DNA of 59,375 nt from Candidatus Saccharimonadales bacterium (GTDB lineage Bacteria > Patescibacteriota > Saccharimonadia > Saccharimonadales > UBA4665): contig JBDHUJ010000001.1 of the NCBI GenBank assembly GCA_039809105.1, forward strand, positions 1 through 59,375. The letters are read 5' to 3'. The translations under genes were made by a program, and so were the position numbers. Positions 1 to 7,526 of the stretch are shown piece after piece. A model generated the notes under the pieces. The model had not been told where the DNA came from. It was given only the letters and a program-made list of their open reading frames with translations, and did not search any database. Each line of letters begins with the position of its first letter. Within the stretch, counting starts at the first letter, position 1.

Positions 1-110
1 TGACCCGCCGGCTGGAGGATTTCTGCCGGGAATGGATGGCAAGGGCCAACCAACCGGAGTTATTTACCAGCCCTACCGAATACCTGCGGTTTACGCTTGT
101 TCCGTGTTAG
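1..110 (+). CDS. C-terminal end of a CDS cut by the window edge (unknown product)
   Basis: Frame 3 is open from position 3: ...RRLEDFCREWMARANQPELFTSPTEYLRFTLVPC, with TAG at 108-110. Too short to assign. Confidence 0.3.
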   Translation, partial: TRRLEDFCREWMARANQPELFTSPTEYLRFTLVPC

Positions 111-187
111 TTGACTGAACCGCGTGAGTCTAGCTCTTTGCACGCTGTCCCTACCTCGTGCGCCTGTTTCGTAGTACAATACTGCTT

Positions 188-988
188 ATGGAAGAATTCA
201 AGCCGGGTCAGGTCATCAGTCCGCAAACGGACCAACCCGGTGCAAACGACCAGCCCGCGGCGAACCCCGTCCCTCCGGCGGCAACGCCGCAGCCGCAGCG
301 TCCGACAGAGCAGATTCCGGAGGTTCCGGCGCCCACCCAGGGCAATGAGCCTCCGGCCGGTCAAGCAGCTACCGCCGCCGAGCCGCTAGTGCCACAGCAG
401 TCGTACTACCAGCCGCAGCCGCAGGAAGCGACAGAGCAACCCCAGCCGGTGTCATCGGCGCACCAGGATGGAAACTGGCAGTTCCACCAGGAACAGAGCG
501 ACGGAGGGGCAGTGCACGATGCAGTATTGACGGGCGAAATATCTTGGACAGCATCGGAGTTCGTGCTGCACGACAAATCCGCCGGCTGGTACGGCCTGCT
601 CGCCCTCGGTGGAGCTCTGAGCGCACTCCTTGTCTACTGGTTGACGAAAGATAAAATTACGACCGGTATCATCGTGTTCGCAGTGTTGGCCTTCGGTTTT
701 TTGGCGGCCCGTCGGCCGAAAGAGCAAGCATACGCTATCGATCACGCCGGGTTGCATGTCGGGCGCCGCTCGTACGATATACACAACTTCAAATCCTTTT
801 CAGTCGCCGAAGACGGTCATAACGCCACGGTCGTATTTATGCCGCTCAAACGGTTCATGCCGCCGCTTACCATCTATCTCTCCCCTGACAGCGGAGAAAA
901 AGTCGTCGATTTTCTGGCACAGATTCTGCCGTTCGAACAGCACCGCCAGGATGCTGTCGATAGCCTCATGAAGCGCATCCGCTTCTAG
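188..988 (+). CDS. Hypothetical membrane protein with Pro/Gln-rich N-terminus and two TM helices
   Basis: ORF track 158..988. ATG 188 lies 7 nt after a TACAAT box (175-180). PQ-rich low complexity is followed by the hydrophobic pair LLALGGALSALLVYW / GIIVFAVLAFGFLAA. Confidence 0.6.
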   Translation: MEEFKPGQVISPQTDQPGANDQPAANPVPPAATPQPQRPTEQIPEVPAPTQGNEPPAGQAATAAEPLVPQQSYYQPQPQEATEQPQPVSSAHQDGNWQFHQEQSDGGAVHDAVLTGEISWTASEFVLHDKSAGWYGLLALGGALSALLVYWLTKDKITTGIIVFAVLAFGFLAARRPKEQAYAIDHAGLHVGRRSYDIHNFKSFSVAEDGHNATVVFMPLKRFMPPLTIYLSPDSGEKVVDFLAQILPFEQHRQDAVDSLMKRIRF

Positions 989-1022
989 GGCCTGGGACTT
1001 CGGCCGTCGTGTCGTGGGGTTT

Positions 1023-1799
1023 TTAAGGCTTTAGGAATGGTACGAGAACTGGTGTGTACTTGGCGTATTTCTGGTACTCGGCGTTGCCGGCGTAGTGCTT
1101 TTCGAGCGGGGGGATGCCGGAAACTTTCGTAATCAGGAATGTTATAACGAACGTGCCCAGTATCCCCCACCACTGTCCGAGACTGATTGCGACCAGGCCT
1201 GCGCCCAACCAGGCGGTAACCTCGCCGAAATAATTCGGGTGCCGGCTGTAGCGCCACAGACCGCTTGTCATAAGAGCGTGCGAACCGTGCGGCCGCTGTC
1301 TTATAAACCGGGTGAGCTGATAGTCTGCGACTGATTCGTAGAGGATTCCCGCAAACCAGACAGCCCAGCCGACTAGGGTCAGCGCGTTTGTGTGCGCGTC
1401 CCCACTGTGGGCGATGGCGACCAGCGGTGTCCCGACGAGCAGTAGCAACACACCTTGCAGTAAAAATATGTGCGTCAATGCTTTGCTGTTCGCTGCCCTG
1501 CCCCATTTGGCGCGAAGTTCCTGGTAGCGACGGTCGTCTGCCGGTTTGCGCCAGTTGCGGTTGGCTATGTGTGCGAACAAGCGTATTCCCCATACGCTCG
1601 CCAGGCAGGCGCTTGTGACGGCGATTGCCGAAAAGTTCTGTGCGATTACCAGGCTGACCCAAGCGATGAGTACGAAACCGAGTCCCCAGGCGCTATCGAC
1701 CACATCCAATCGGCCCGTCACCCGGAACAAGCCGTACCAGAGTATCATGTACGTCAGTACGATTACAGCCAGCGCTCCCCATGCAACAATTGCATCCAT
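1023..1799 (-). CDS. DUF1295-type polytopic membrane protein (steroid 5-alpha-reductase / ICMT-like)
   Basis: 258-aa ORF with multiple hydrophobic helices and a C-terminal RYSRHPNYFGE motif typical of DUF1295/ICMT/PEMT families. Confidence 0.75.
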   Translation of the reverse strand: MDAIVAWGALAVIVLTYMILWYGLFRVTGRLDVVDSAWGLGFVLIAWVSLVIAQNFSAIAVTSACLASVWGIRLFAHIANRNWRKPADDRRYQELRAKWGRAANSKALTHIFLLQGVLLLLVGTPLVAIAHSGDAHTNALTLVGWAVWFAGILYESVADYQLTRFIRQRPHGSHALMTSGLWRYSRHPNYFGEVTAWLGAGLVAISLGQWWGILGTFVITFLITKVSGIPPLEKHYAGNAEYQKYAKYTPVLVPFLKP

Positions 1800-1812
1800 A
1801 CTCTAAGCATAC

Positions 1813-1922
1813 CACCTGGCCCCCATGCACTTTTCCGACACCAGGGGTGCTCCGCCGGTAGCTTCGCTCCTGCCTCCGCGTGGTGACCCCTGTCTTACGG
1901 AAAAGTGCATGGAGGCCAGGTG
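1813..1922. repeat. Palindromic repeat, family C copy 1 (core GACACCAGGGGTGCTC...CTCCTGCCTCCGCG...GTCTTAC)
   Basis: Closing arms CACCTGGCCCCCATGCACTTTTCCG / CGGAAAAGTGCATGGAGGCCAGGTG. The core is shared with 34514-34616. Confidence 0.9.
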
Positions 1923-1942
1923 CATCACTTCCTTGCTTGCCA

Positions 1943-2160
1943 GATATGAGCGCCAGCGAACGAGGGCGCAAGCCCGAGCTTTAGGGGGAAGGGAACGTAT
2001 CTCGAATTTACTTCGAGATACGTTTGGGAGGGTGAAGCGAGCCAGTGGCTCGCTGCAAGGCAATCTGCCGGAACAAGCTCTGCTTGTTCACGCGCAGTTG
2101 CGGGGCCGCAGGATGTGGCGAGCCCCTCCCTGAGACTACCGTGAGCCCCTCCCTGAAGAG
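1943..2160 (+). repeat. Modular hairpin repeat, family B copy 1 (longest, with extra nested hairpins)
   Basis: Shares GATATGAGCGCCAGCGAACGAG...GAGCTTTAGGGG...GGGAGGG...CGAGCCCCTCCCTGAAGAG with 6976-7082 and, inverted, with 55364-55423. Confidence 0.9.
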
Positions 2161-2251
2161 CCCCCGGATGTTGTAGTATGTGAGCAGTTTTATTGTGCAC
2201 GGCGGGTTTAATGGTGTAGTATGTCTTAAACTATTTAAGGGGGATACTGGT

Positions 2252-2692
2252 ATGTATGTAGAGAATGACTCGTCGGTACTCAAGCGGATTCTGTGGTACG
2301 CCCTGTGGTTCATCGTACTTGTGGCGGTGGTGTGGATTCTGATATGGCTCATCTTCTTCCGTGATGGGAAAAAGACAGCCGACAATAACTCCGGTAGCGG
2401 CTCTACGAGCCAACAGACTGGCGGTAGTTCCGGTAGTTCAAATAGTTCGAACGGTTCGAGTAATTCCGGTAGCTCCAGCAGCTCTAACGGTTCCAGCGGC
2501 AGCTCAAGCAGTACCTCGGGTTCGTCGCAAAGCTCTGGTAGCACGAGCGGCTCTAGCGCTTCGGGCTCGCAGGGCGCATCACAGCTCGTCAACACCGGTC
2601 CTGGCGATGTGTTTGCCTGGGGCGCAGTGACCGCGGTAGCGGGCGCGGCTGGCTGGCAGGTTTATGTCCGCCGCAAGCTCCAGCACTCGTAG
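2252..2692 (+). CDS. Ser/Gly-rich surface protein with C-terminal sorting signal (LVNTG + TM + RRK)
   Basis: SD AAGGGGGA (2237-2244) precedes ATG 2252. N-terminal TM, long S/G/N low-complexity region, then LVNTGPGDVFAWGAVTAVAGAAGWQVYVRRK at the C-terminus. Confidence 0.65.
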   Translation: MYVENDSSVLKRILWYALWFIVLVAVVWILIWLIFFRDGKKTADNNSGSGSTSQQTGGSSGSSNSSNGSSNSGSSSSSNGSSGSSSSTSGSSQSSGSTSGSSASGSQGASQLVNTGPGDVFAWGAVTAVAGAAGWQVYVRRKLQHS

Positions 2693-2766
2693 GGCGTCTG
2701 GGAAAGCCAAAAGATGTGTTCAAGGGGTGCGAAGTATGCCCCATATCTGTTATACTGAACAGCAAA

Positions 2767-3735
2767 ATGACTCGCGTTCACCCTCCCCTTCTCTCTATCG
2801 TAGTGCCCGTGTACAACGAACGGGCGGGAATCGTGTCGTTCCACGATTCGCTGCAGGGTGTGTTGCGGCAGCTGCCGATGGATTTTGAAATCATATACTG
2901 TGACGACGGCAGTATCGACGGCAGTACTTCCCTGCTCCATGAATTAGCCGAGAAGCATCCTGAAGTCCGGGTGCTCAGGCTGTCGCGCAACTTCGGTAAA
3001 GAACTGGCGACCACGGCGGGCATCCATGCTGCGAGCGGCGATGCCGTCATGACGCTCGACGCCGATGGTCAGCACCCGGTCGAACTTATCCCGCAGTTTG
3101 TGGCCAAATGGCAGCAAGGCGCCAAGGTCGTTATCGGTGTGCGGACTGACAAGCGCCGCGCAGGGCTCATCAAGCGTGCCGGCTCCAAGCTCTTCCATGG
3201 CCTGTTACGCAAAATCAGCGGCATAAAACTTGTACCCGGTGCCGGCGATTATCGGCTCATAGACCGCACGGTGCAGACAGAATTTGTCCGCATGACCGAG
3301 CGCAACCGGATAACCCGCGGGCTCATAGACTGGCTGGGCTACAAGCGCGAATACGTGTACTATCGCGAGAACGAACGGGCGCACGGCAACGCAGGGTATA
3401 GCTTCGGCAAATTAGTCAAACTGGCCATCGACAGCGCCATATCGCTCAGTATTTCTCCGCTCTATATCACGGCCTACATCGGCGCCGTGGTGTTGCCGCT
3501 GTCGACGCTGCTTGGCCTGGGCATGGGCGTGAACTATCTGTTCGGCGACCCGCTGGGGCTCAAAGCGACCGCCAGTGCGTATGTAATTGTGCTTATGCTG
3601 TTCCTGATAGGCATCATCCTGGTATCGCAAGGTATCATCGGTCTGTATCTGTCGCACATCCATACCGAAACGCAGAACCGGCCGCTATATATCGTCGACC
3701 GGGCCGAGTCAAGGGGCATCCCGTGGAGCGAATAA
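2767..3735 (+). CDS. GT2 polyprenyl-phosphate glycosyltransferase (GtrB/CsbB/DPM1-like)
   Basis: LSIVVPVYNE, CDDGSIDGS, LSRNFGKE and TLDADGQHP motifs plus two C-terminal TM helices. ATG 2767 is chosen inside ORF 2716..3735. Confidence 0.88.
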   Translation: MTRVHPPLLSIVVPVYNERAGIVSFHDSLQGVLRQLPMDFEIIYCDDGSIDGSTSLLHELAEKHPEVRVLRLSRNFGKELATTAGIHAASGDAVMTLDADGQHPVELIPQFVAKWQQGAKVVIGVRTDKRRAGLIKRAGSKLFHGLLRKISGIKLVPGAGDYRLIDRTVQTEFVRMTERNRITRGLIDWLGYKREYVYYRENERAHGNAGYSFGKLVKLAIDSAISLSISPLYITAYIGAVVLPLSTLLGLGMGVNYLFGDPLGLKATASAYVIVLMLFLIGIILVSQGIIGLYLSHIHTETQNRPLYIVDRAESRGIPWSE

Positions 3736-4139
3736 AAGCCTTGCTCGCCCGCCCCGTTGGCCGTTACCTTATCATCGGCGGAACGGTGTATGTGTTTGAG
3801 TTGGCAGTCATCTTTGCCGCGCAGGCGCTCGGTGCATCGGCGGTGTGGGCGGTGGCAATCAGCTTCTGTTTGGGCACTATCGTCTCGTTCTTTTTGCAAA
3901 AACTGGTAACCTTCGGCGACAAACGCATGCAGCACAAGGTGGTCGGGCTGCAATTCGCTGCCGTCTGTGCGCTGGTAGCCTGGAATTTCACGTTCTCTGT
4001 GGTGCTGACCAAGCTGCTCGAGAATGTAATGCCAGCCGTGGTTACTCGGACGCTCGCGCTTGGCGTTACCACCATCTGGAATTTCTACCTCTACAAAACC
4101 CGCATTTTCAAAAACTCTGACGAAGTCGTGGTGGGTTAG
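3723..4139 (+). CDS. GtrA-family small membrane protein (putative lipid-linked sugar flippase)
   Basis: 138 aa with four TM helices. RYLIIGGTVYVFELAV... and ...WNFYLYKTRIF are typical of GtrA. The GTG start overlaps the GT2 stop. Confidence 0.82.
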   Translation: MERIKALLARPVGRYLIIGGTVYVFELAVIFAAQALGASAVWAVAISFCLGTIVSFFLQKLVTFGDKRMQHKVVGLQFAAVCALVAWNFTFSVVLTKLLENVMPAVVTRTLALGVTTIWNFYLYKTRIFKNSDEVVVG

Positions 4140-4143
4140 CGCA

Positions 4144-6918
4144 ATGGCTGCATCGAAGAAGCAATCAAAAAACCAGGTAAAACCGCACGCCATTTTGCTC
4201 AGCCGCACCGAACTGACGAGTGCTGCCCGCTCGAAGCCGAGTATCGATACGGCAAAACGCCAGGAGAAGCCTGTCCAGACTGCGAAGCCCGCCCGGAAAT
4301 CTGCCAAAAAAGCCGACCCGAAGACCTCCCAAAAACCAGCCGTAAAACAGCCTCGCCGCAACTGGTTCACGCAGCTTCTTGCGAACAAGTGGTTCCGCTA
4401 CAGTTACGCCCTCGGTGCACTCCTGGTGTTGGTGGCTACCACCCTACTGTGGTCTGTATGGGGGGCAAAGCTGCACAGTCTGAATGCCGACCAGCTGGTT
4501 GACCCGTATTTATTCGGTTCGGGCGCGACGTTCCACGGCGCGACGTTCCCGGGCGCACACAGCTTTTTGCTCAAGTGGCCGATTTTCTGGTTGGTTGCAC
4601 ACTTCGGCATGTCTTCTATGAGTCTCATGGTGGCGACGGCTGGTGCGGTGCTCCTGACGGTACTTGTCCTGGCGGCAGTGCTGTACGGTATCGACCGGCG
4701 GCCACTGGTGTTCGGTACCATCTGCCTGTTTTTGGCGCTTATGCTACTGCTCGTGCCGACGCAGCCCTACCCCGGTGCGCTGTTGCCGGTGAATATGGCT
4801 ATGCTGACAACGCGTAACCTGGAGTATGCCCTGTATATCGTAGCGCTAGTGTTTGTCATATGGGCTGGCCGGGTGCGGAGCTGGTATTCGCTGGCGGCGC
4901 TCGGCTGTCTGACGTTGCTTATCGCCAGCGATAAGTTGTTTGCGAGCCTGGGCCTGGGCAGCGCACTCATCATCACTGTCCTGTATGCGCTGTGCCAGAA
5001 CTGGCAGCTCGTGCGGTTGGGGGTCCGCTGGTTGTGCACGGTGCTCGTTGCCACGGTGTTCTCGACGGTGCTGCTCGCCAGTCTCCAGCTGGCGGGAGTG
5101 ACGCACTTCGCTAGCAGCTCAAATATCAGTCCGTATGGTCTTACGAATACTCCGAAGGATGGCGTGCTCGGTGTGGTGTACGGTACGCTGGGCTTTCTGA
5201 CGAACTTCGGAGCCAACCCGGCATATGCCGCTAACGTGTTACGCGACATCCCCGCCCGTGCTTCCCACGAGCTGGCGACCATGGCCGGGTTCGCGTACTG
5301 CCTGGCGTTCGCCGCAGTCGTCTTCGGCTTACTGCACGTATGGCTGGTGGTGCGCCCGACACTGCAGCCGTCGCCGGCTAAGAAAGTGCGGCCGGTCGTG
5401 GCGACCGAGCTGTCGTTGCTGCTTATTGCGTCAACCATCACAGCTGCCGTCGTGTTTGTGGCCACGAAACATTACTACGCGGTCGATGCACGATATCTGA
5501 CTATCGCAGTCTTTGCGGTCTTCGTCGCGACGGCTACGTCGCTCCGCAGCAAGACGCCCCGGCCGGAGGTACTTACTCTCTGCGGTGCTCTCGCACTGCT
5601 AGGTATAGCACTGGCGGTAGTTTCGGCCGGCCGAAACTACGCCCAGAATACCGCTGCGCTGAGCGACCTCCGCCACCGCAGCTACATTGTTGCGCAGGCG
5701 CTCGAACACCACAAAGTCGCAGTACTGGCTGGCGACTATTGGCGCGTGTTGCCCGCCAAGTTCCTCTCGGCGCACGATATGCAAGTTATGCCTTTCTCTG
5801 GCTGTACTGACCCACGCGCCGATTTGAGCAGCACCGCCTGGCAACCCGACCTGCATAAAACCAGCTTTGCCTACCTGCTTTCGCTCGATCGCCCACTGAC
5901 CGATTATCCGCAGTGTACCCTCGACCAGGTCCTGCAGGCCTATGGTCAGCCAAATGCCAGCTTGGTCGTTTCGGGCACGCTGTCTAACCCCAAAGAGCTG
6001 GTTCTGTTTTACGACCACGGCATCAATAAACCCGGTGTTACAGAAACCGACACTAGTTTGCCGCCTACCTCTGTCCTGCCGGTCGGGCTGACCGACCTGC
6101 CGAGCACGAGCTGCGAAGGCACGACTGCCATGAACATCGTGGCACACGAGGACGATGACCTGCTCTTCCTCAGTCCCGACCTGCTCCATACGGTACAATC
6201 GGGTGACTGTGTGCGTACGGTGTTCCTGACGGCTGGCGATAGCGGACACAACAAATTCTACTGGGTCAACCGGCAGCTCGGCGCCCAGGCGGCTTACGAC
6301 ACGATGCTCGGCAAAAAAGACGTGTGGGTACAACGTATTGTGCGACTGGCCGACAACCGCTATATAAGTGTGTCGAGCCCCAAGTCGGACCCGAAAATAT
6401 CACTCATTTTCTTTAACTTGCCGGATGGCGGATTGCAAGGCAACGGCTTTCCTTCGTCGCACTTCGAGAGTCTGGCGAAGCTGTATGGTGGAGAAACTGC
6501 CAGCATACAGAGCGTCGACCGGCAGTCCAGGTACGATAAAGCGGAGCTGACACAGGCGCTCAGCAGCCTCATGAATATCTACCAGCCGTCAGTGGTGCGC
6601 ACCCAGGCGGATGTCTACAGTGCGAACTTTCCCGACCACAGCGACCACATCGCTACCGGCCATTTTGCGACTGATGCTGCTAACCAGTACAGCCAGGTCC
6701 AGTTCGCCGGCAACTTCGAGGTGCCGGTGGTGCGCTACATAGGCTACCCGGTACATGGCTACGAACCGAATGTCGGCGGTGATGACTTGGCGAAAAAAGA
6801 AGCGGCGTTTCTGGCGTATGCCCGGTTCGACGGCGGTGTTTGCCAGTCTGCGTTAGCGTGTGCCGAAACGCCGACGTACGGCTCATACATTACCCGCCAA
6901 TATACCGATGGTGAGTAA
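4144..6918 (+). CDS. Large polytopic membrane protein (GT-C/YfhO-like architecture) fused to a C-terminal PIG-L/LmbE-family deacetylase domain
   Basis: Lys-rich tail, then about 12-14 TM helices and an extracytoplasmic region. C-terminal NIVAHEDDDLLFLSPD...FLTAGDSG...FPDHSDHIATG matches the AHPDDE and HxDH motifs of LmbE/PIG-L. ATG 4144 is preferred over 4060, which overlaps gtrA. Confidence 0.78.
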   Translation: MAASKKQSKNQVKPHAILLSRTELTSAARSKPSIDTAKRQEKPVQTAKPARKSAKKADPKTSQKPAVKQPRRNWFTQLLANKWFRYSYALGALLVLVATTLLWSVWGAKLHSLNADQLVDPYLFGSGATFHGATFPGAHSFLLKWPIFWLVAHFGMSSMSLMVATAGAVLLTVLVLAAVLYGIDRRPLVFGTICLFLALMLLLVPTQPYPGALLPVNMAMLTTRNLEYALYIVALVFVIWAGRVRSWYSLAALGCLTLLIASDKLFASLGLGSALIITVLYALCQNWQLVRLGVRWLCTVLVATVFSTVLLASLQLAGVTHFASSSNISPYGLTNTPKDGVLGVVYGTLGFLTNFGANPAYAANVLRDIPARASHELATMAGFAYCLAFAAVVFGLLHVWLVVRPTLQPSPAKKVRPVVATELSLLLIASTITAAVVFVATKHYYAVDARYLTIAVFAVFVATATSLRSKTPRPEVLTLCGALALLGIALAVVSAGRNYAQNTAALSDLRHRSYIVAQALEHHKVAVLAGDYWRVLPAKFLSAHDMQVMPFSGCTDPRADLSSTAWQPDLHKTSFAYLLSLDRPLTDYPQCTLDQVLQAYGQPNASLVVSGTLSNPKELVLFYDHGINKPGVTETDTSLPPTSVLPVGLTDLPSTSCEGTTAMNIVAHEDDDLLFLSPDLLHTVQSGDCVRTVFLTAGDSGHNKFYWVNRQLGAQAAYDTMLGKKDVWVQRIVRLADNRYISVSSPKSDPKISLIFFNLPDGGLQGNGFPSSHFESLAKLYGGETASIQSVDRQSRYDKAELTQALSSLMNIYQPSVVRTQADVYSANFPDHSDHIATGHFATDAANQYSQVQFAGNFEVPVVRYIGYPVHGYEPNVGGDDLAKKEAAFLAYARFDGGVCQSALACAETPTYGSYITRQYTDGE

Positions 6919-6975
6919 ATAGCGAGGATAGCCTCTACTCCGACACAAGCACCACCCCCCCACCTATTATCTTCG

Positions 6976-7082
6976 GATATGAGCGGCAGCGAACGAGCCG
7001 AAAGGCGAGCTTTAGGGGAAGGGAGACTTATCCCGAATTCACTTCGGGATAAGTTGGGAGGGGCGAGCCCCTCCCTGAAGAG
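6976..7082 (+). repeat. Modular hairpin repeat, family B copy 2
   Basis: Same blocks as 1943-2160. Carries the nested hairpin GGGAGACTTATCCCGAATTCACTTCGGGATAAGTT. Confidence 0.9.
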
Positions 7083-7108
7083 CTCGGTTATGCCGAGCTC
7101 GGGTTATA

Positions 7109-7189
7109 CTAGCGCTCGTTTTCGCTGAGGTCTTCGTTGACGAAGACATCCTCGACGGCGACGGCTTGCTTCTGGTTCTTGTTCGGCAT
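7109..7189 (-). CDS. Candidate 26-aa small ORF (MPNKNQKQAVAVEDVFVNEDLSENER)
   Basis: GGAGGGAACAT-ATG gives a strong SD at ideal spacing on the minus strand. No homology assessable. Confidence 0.3.
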   Translation of the reverse strand: MPNKNQKQAVAVEDVFVNEDLSENER

Positions 7190-7335
7190 ATGTTCCCTCC
7201 TCTGCCTACCCGCATCGTACCAGCCTATAGCACGTCATATCTGTAAGAATCTTCGCATCCCCACAAAAGGCTGGTATTATTTGTGTTCATATGATAAAAT
7301 TACCCCTGTTGTTTATGAGTTTTGAACAATAACGC

Positions 7336-7354
7336 GCACCTGTAGCTCAGCTGG
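7336..7354 (+). repeat. Exact 19-nt copy of the 5' end of tRNA-Arg (integration scar candidate)
   Basis: GCACCTGTAGCTCAGCTGG is identical to 7450-7468. The downstream sequence does not fold as a tRNA. Confidence 0.85.
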
Positions 7355-7449
7355 CCAAGGCGAAGCCGGCAGAGAACTACAACGGAACGCTCTATCCAAA
7401 CTATCATTAGCTAGATAGAGGCACTTAACAATGTATGTCGCCAAATTAT

Positions 7450-7526
7450 GCACCTGTAGCTCAGCTGGATAGAGCGTTGGCTTGCGGAGCCAAAGGTCGT
7501 AGGTTCGAATCCTGCCAGGTGTACCA
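7450..7526 (+). tRNA. tRNA-Arg (anticodon GCG by manual fold), CCA encoded
   Basis: Acceptor GCACCTG/CAGGTGT, D arm GCTC..GAGC, anticodon stem TTGGC/GCCAA with loop TTGCGGA, T arm GTAGG-TTCGAAT-CCTGC, then ACCA. Confidence 0.88.

Noticed and set aside
2400-2580. Repetitive AGC/GGT-rich DNA
   Set aside because: It is the coding low-complexity Ser/Gly region of the LVNTG surface protein, not a noncoding repeat.
4060-4143. Upstream extension of the large membrane protein to ATG 4060
   Set aside because: It overlaps the last 80 nt of gtrA in another frame. ATG 4144 lies just after the gtrA stop and begins the Lys-rich tail.
3534-4388. 284-aa minus-strand ORF; similar cases at 4767..5465 and 5599..6333
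   Set aside because: All are antisense to the GT2, GtrA and large membrane protein genes.
7137-7325. 62-aa plus-strand ORF
   Set aside because: It has no SD and a Cys/Leu-rich translation with no features, and it lies in the promoter and scar region of the tRNA locus.
7336-7410. Possible second tRNA starting with GCACCTGTAGCTCAGCTGG
   Set aside because: After nt 19 the sequence has no D-stem closure and no anticodon or T arm. Only the first 19 nt match tRNA-Arg.
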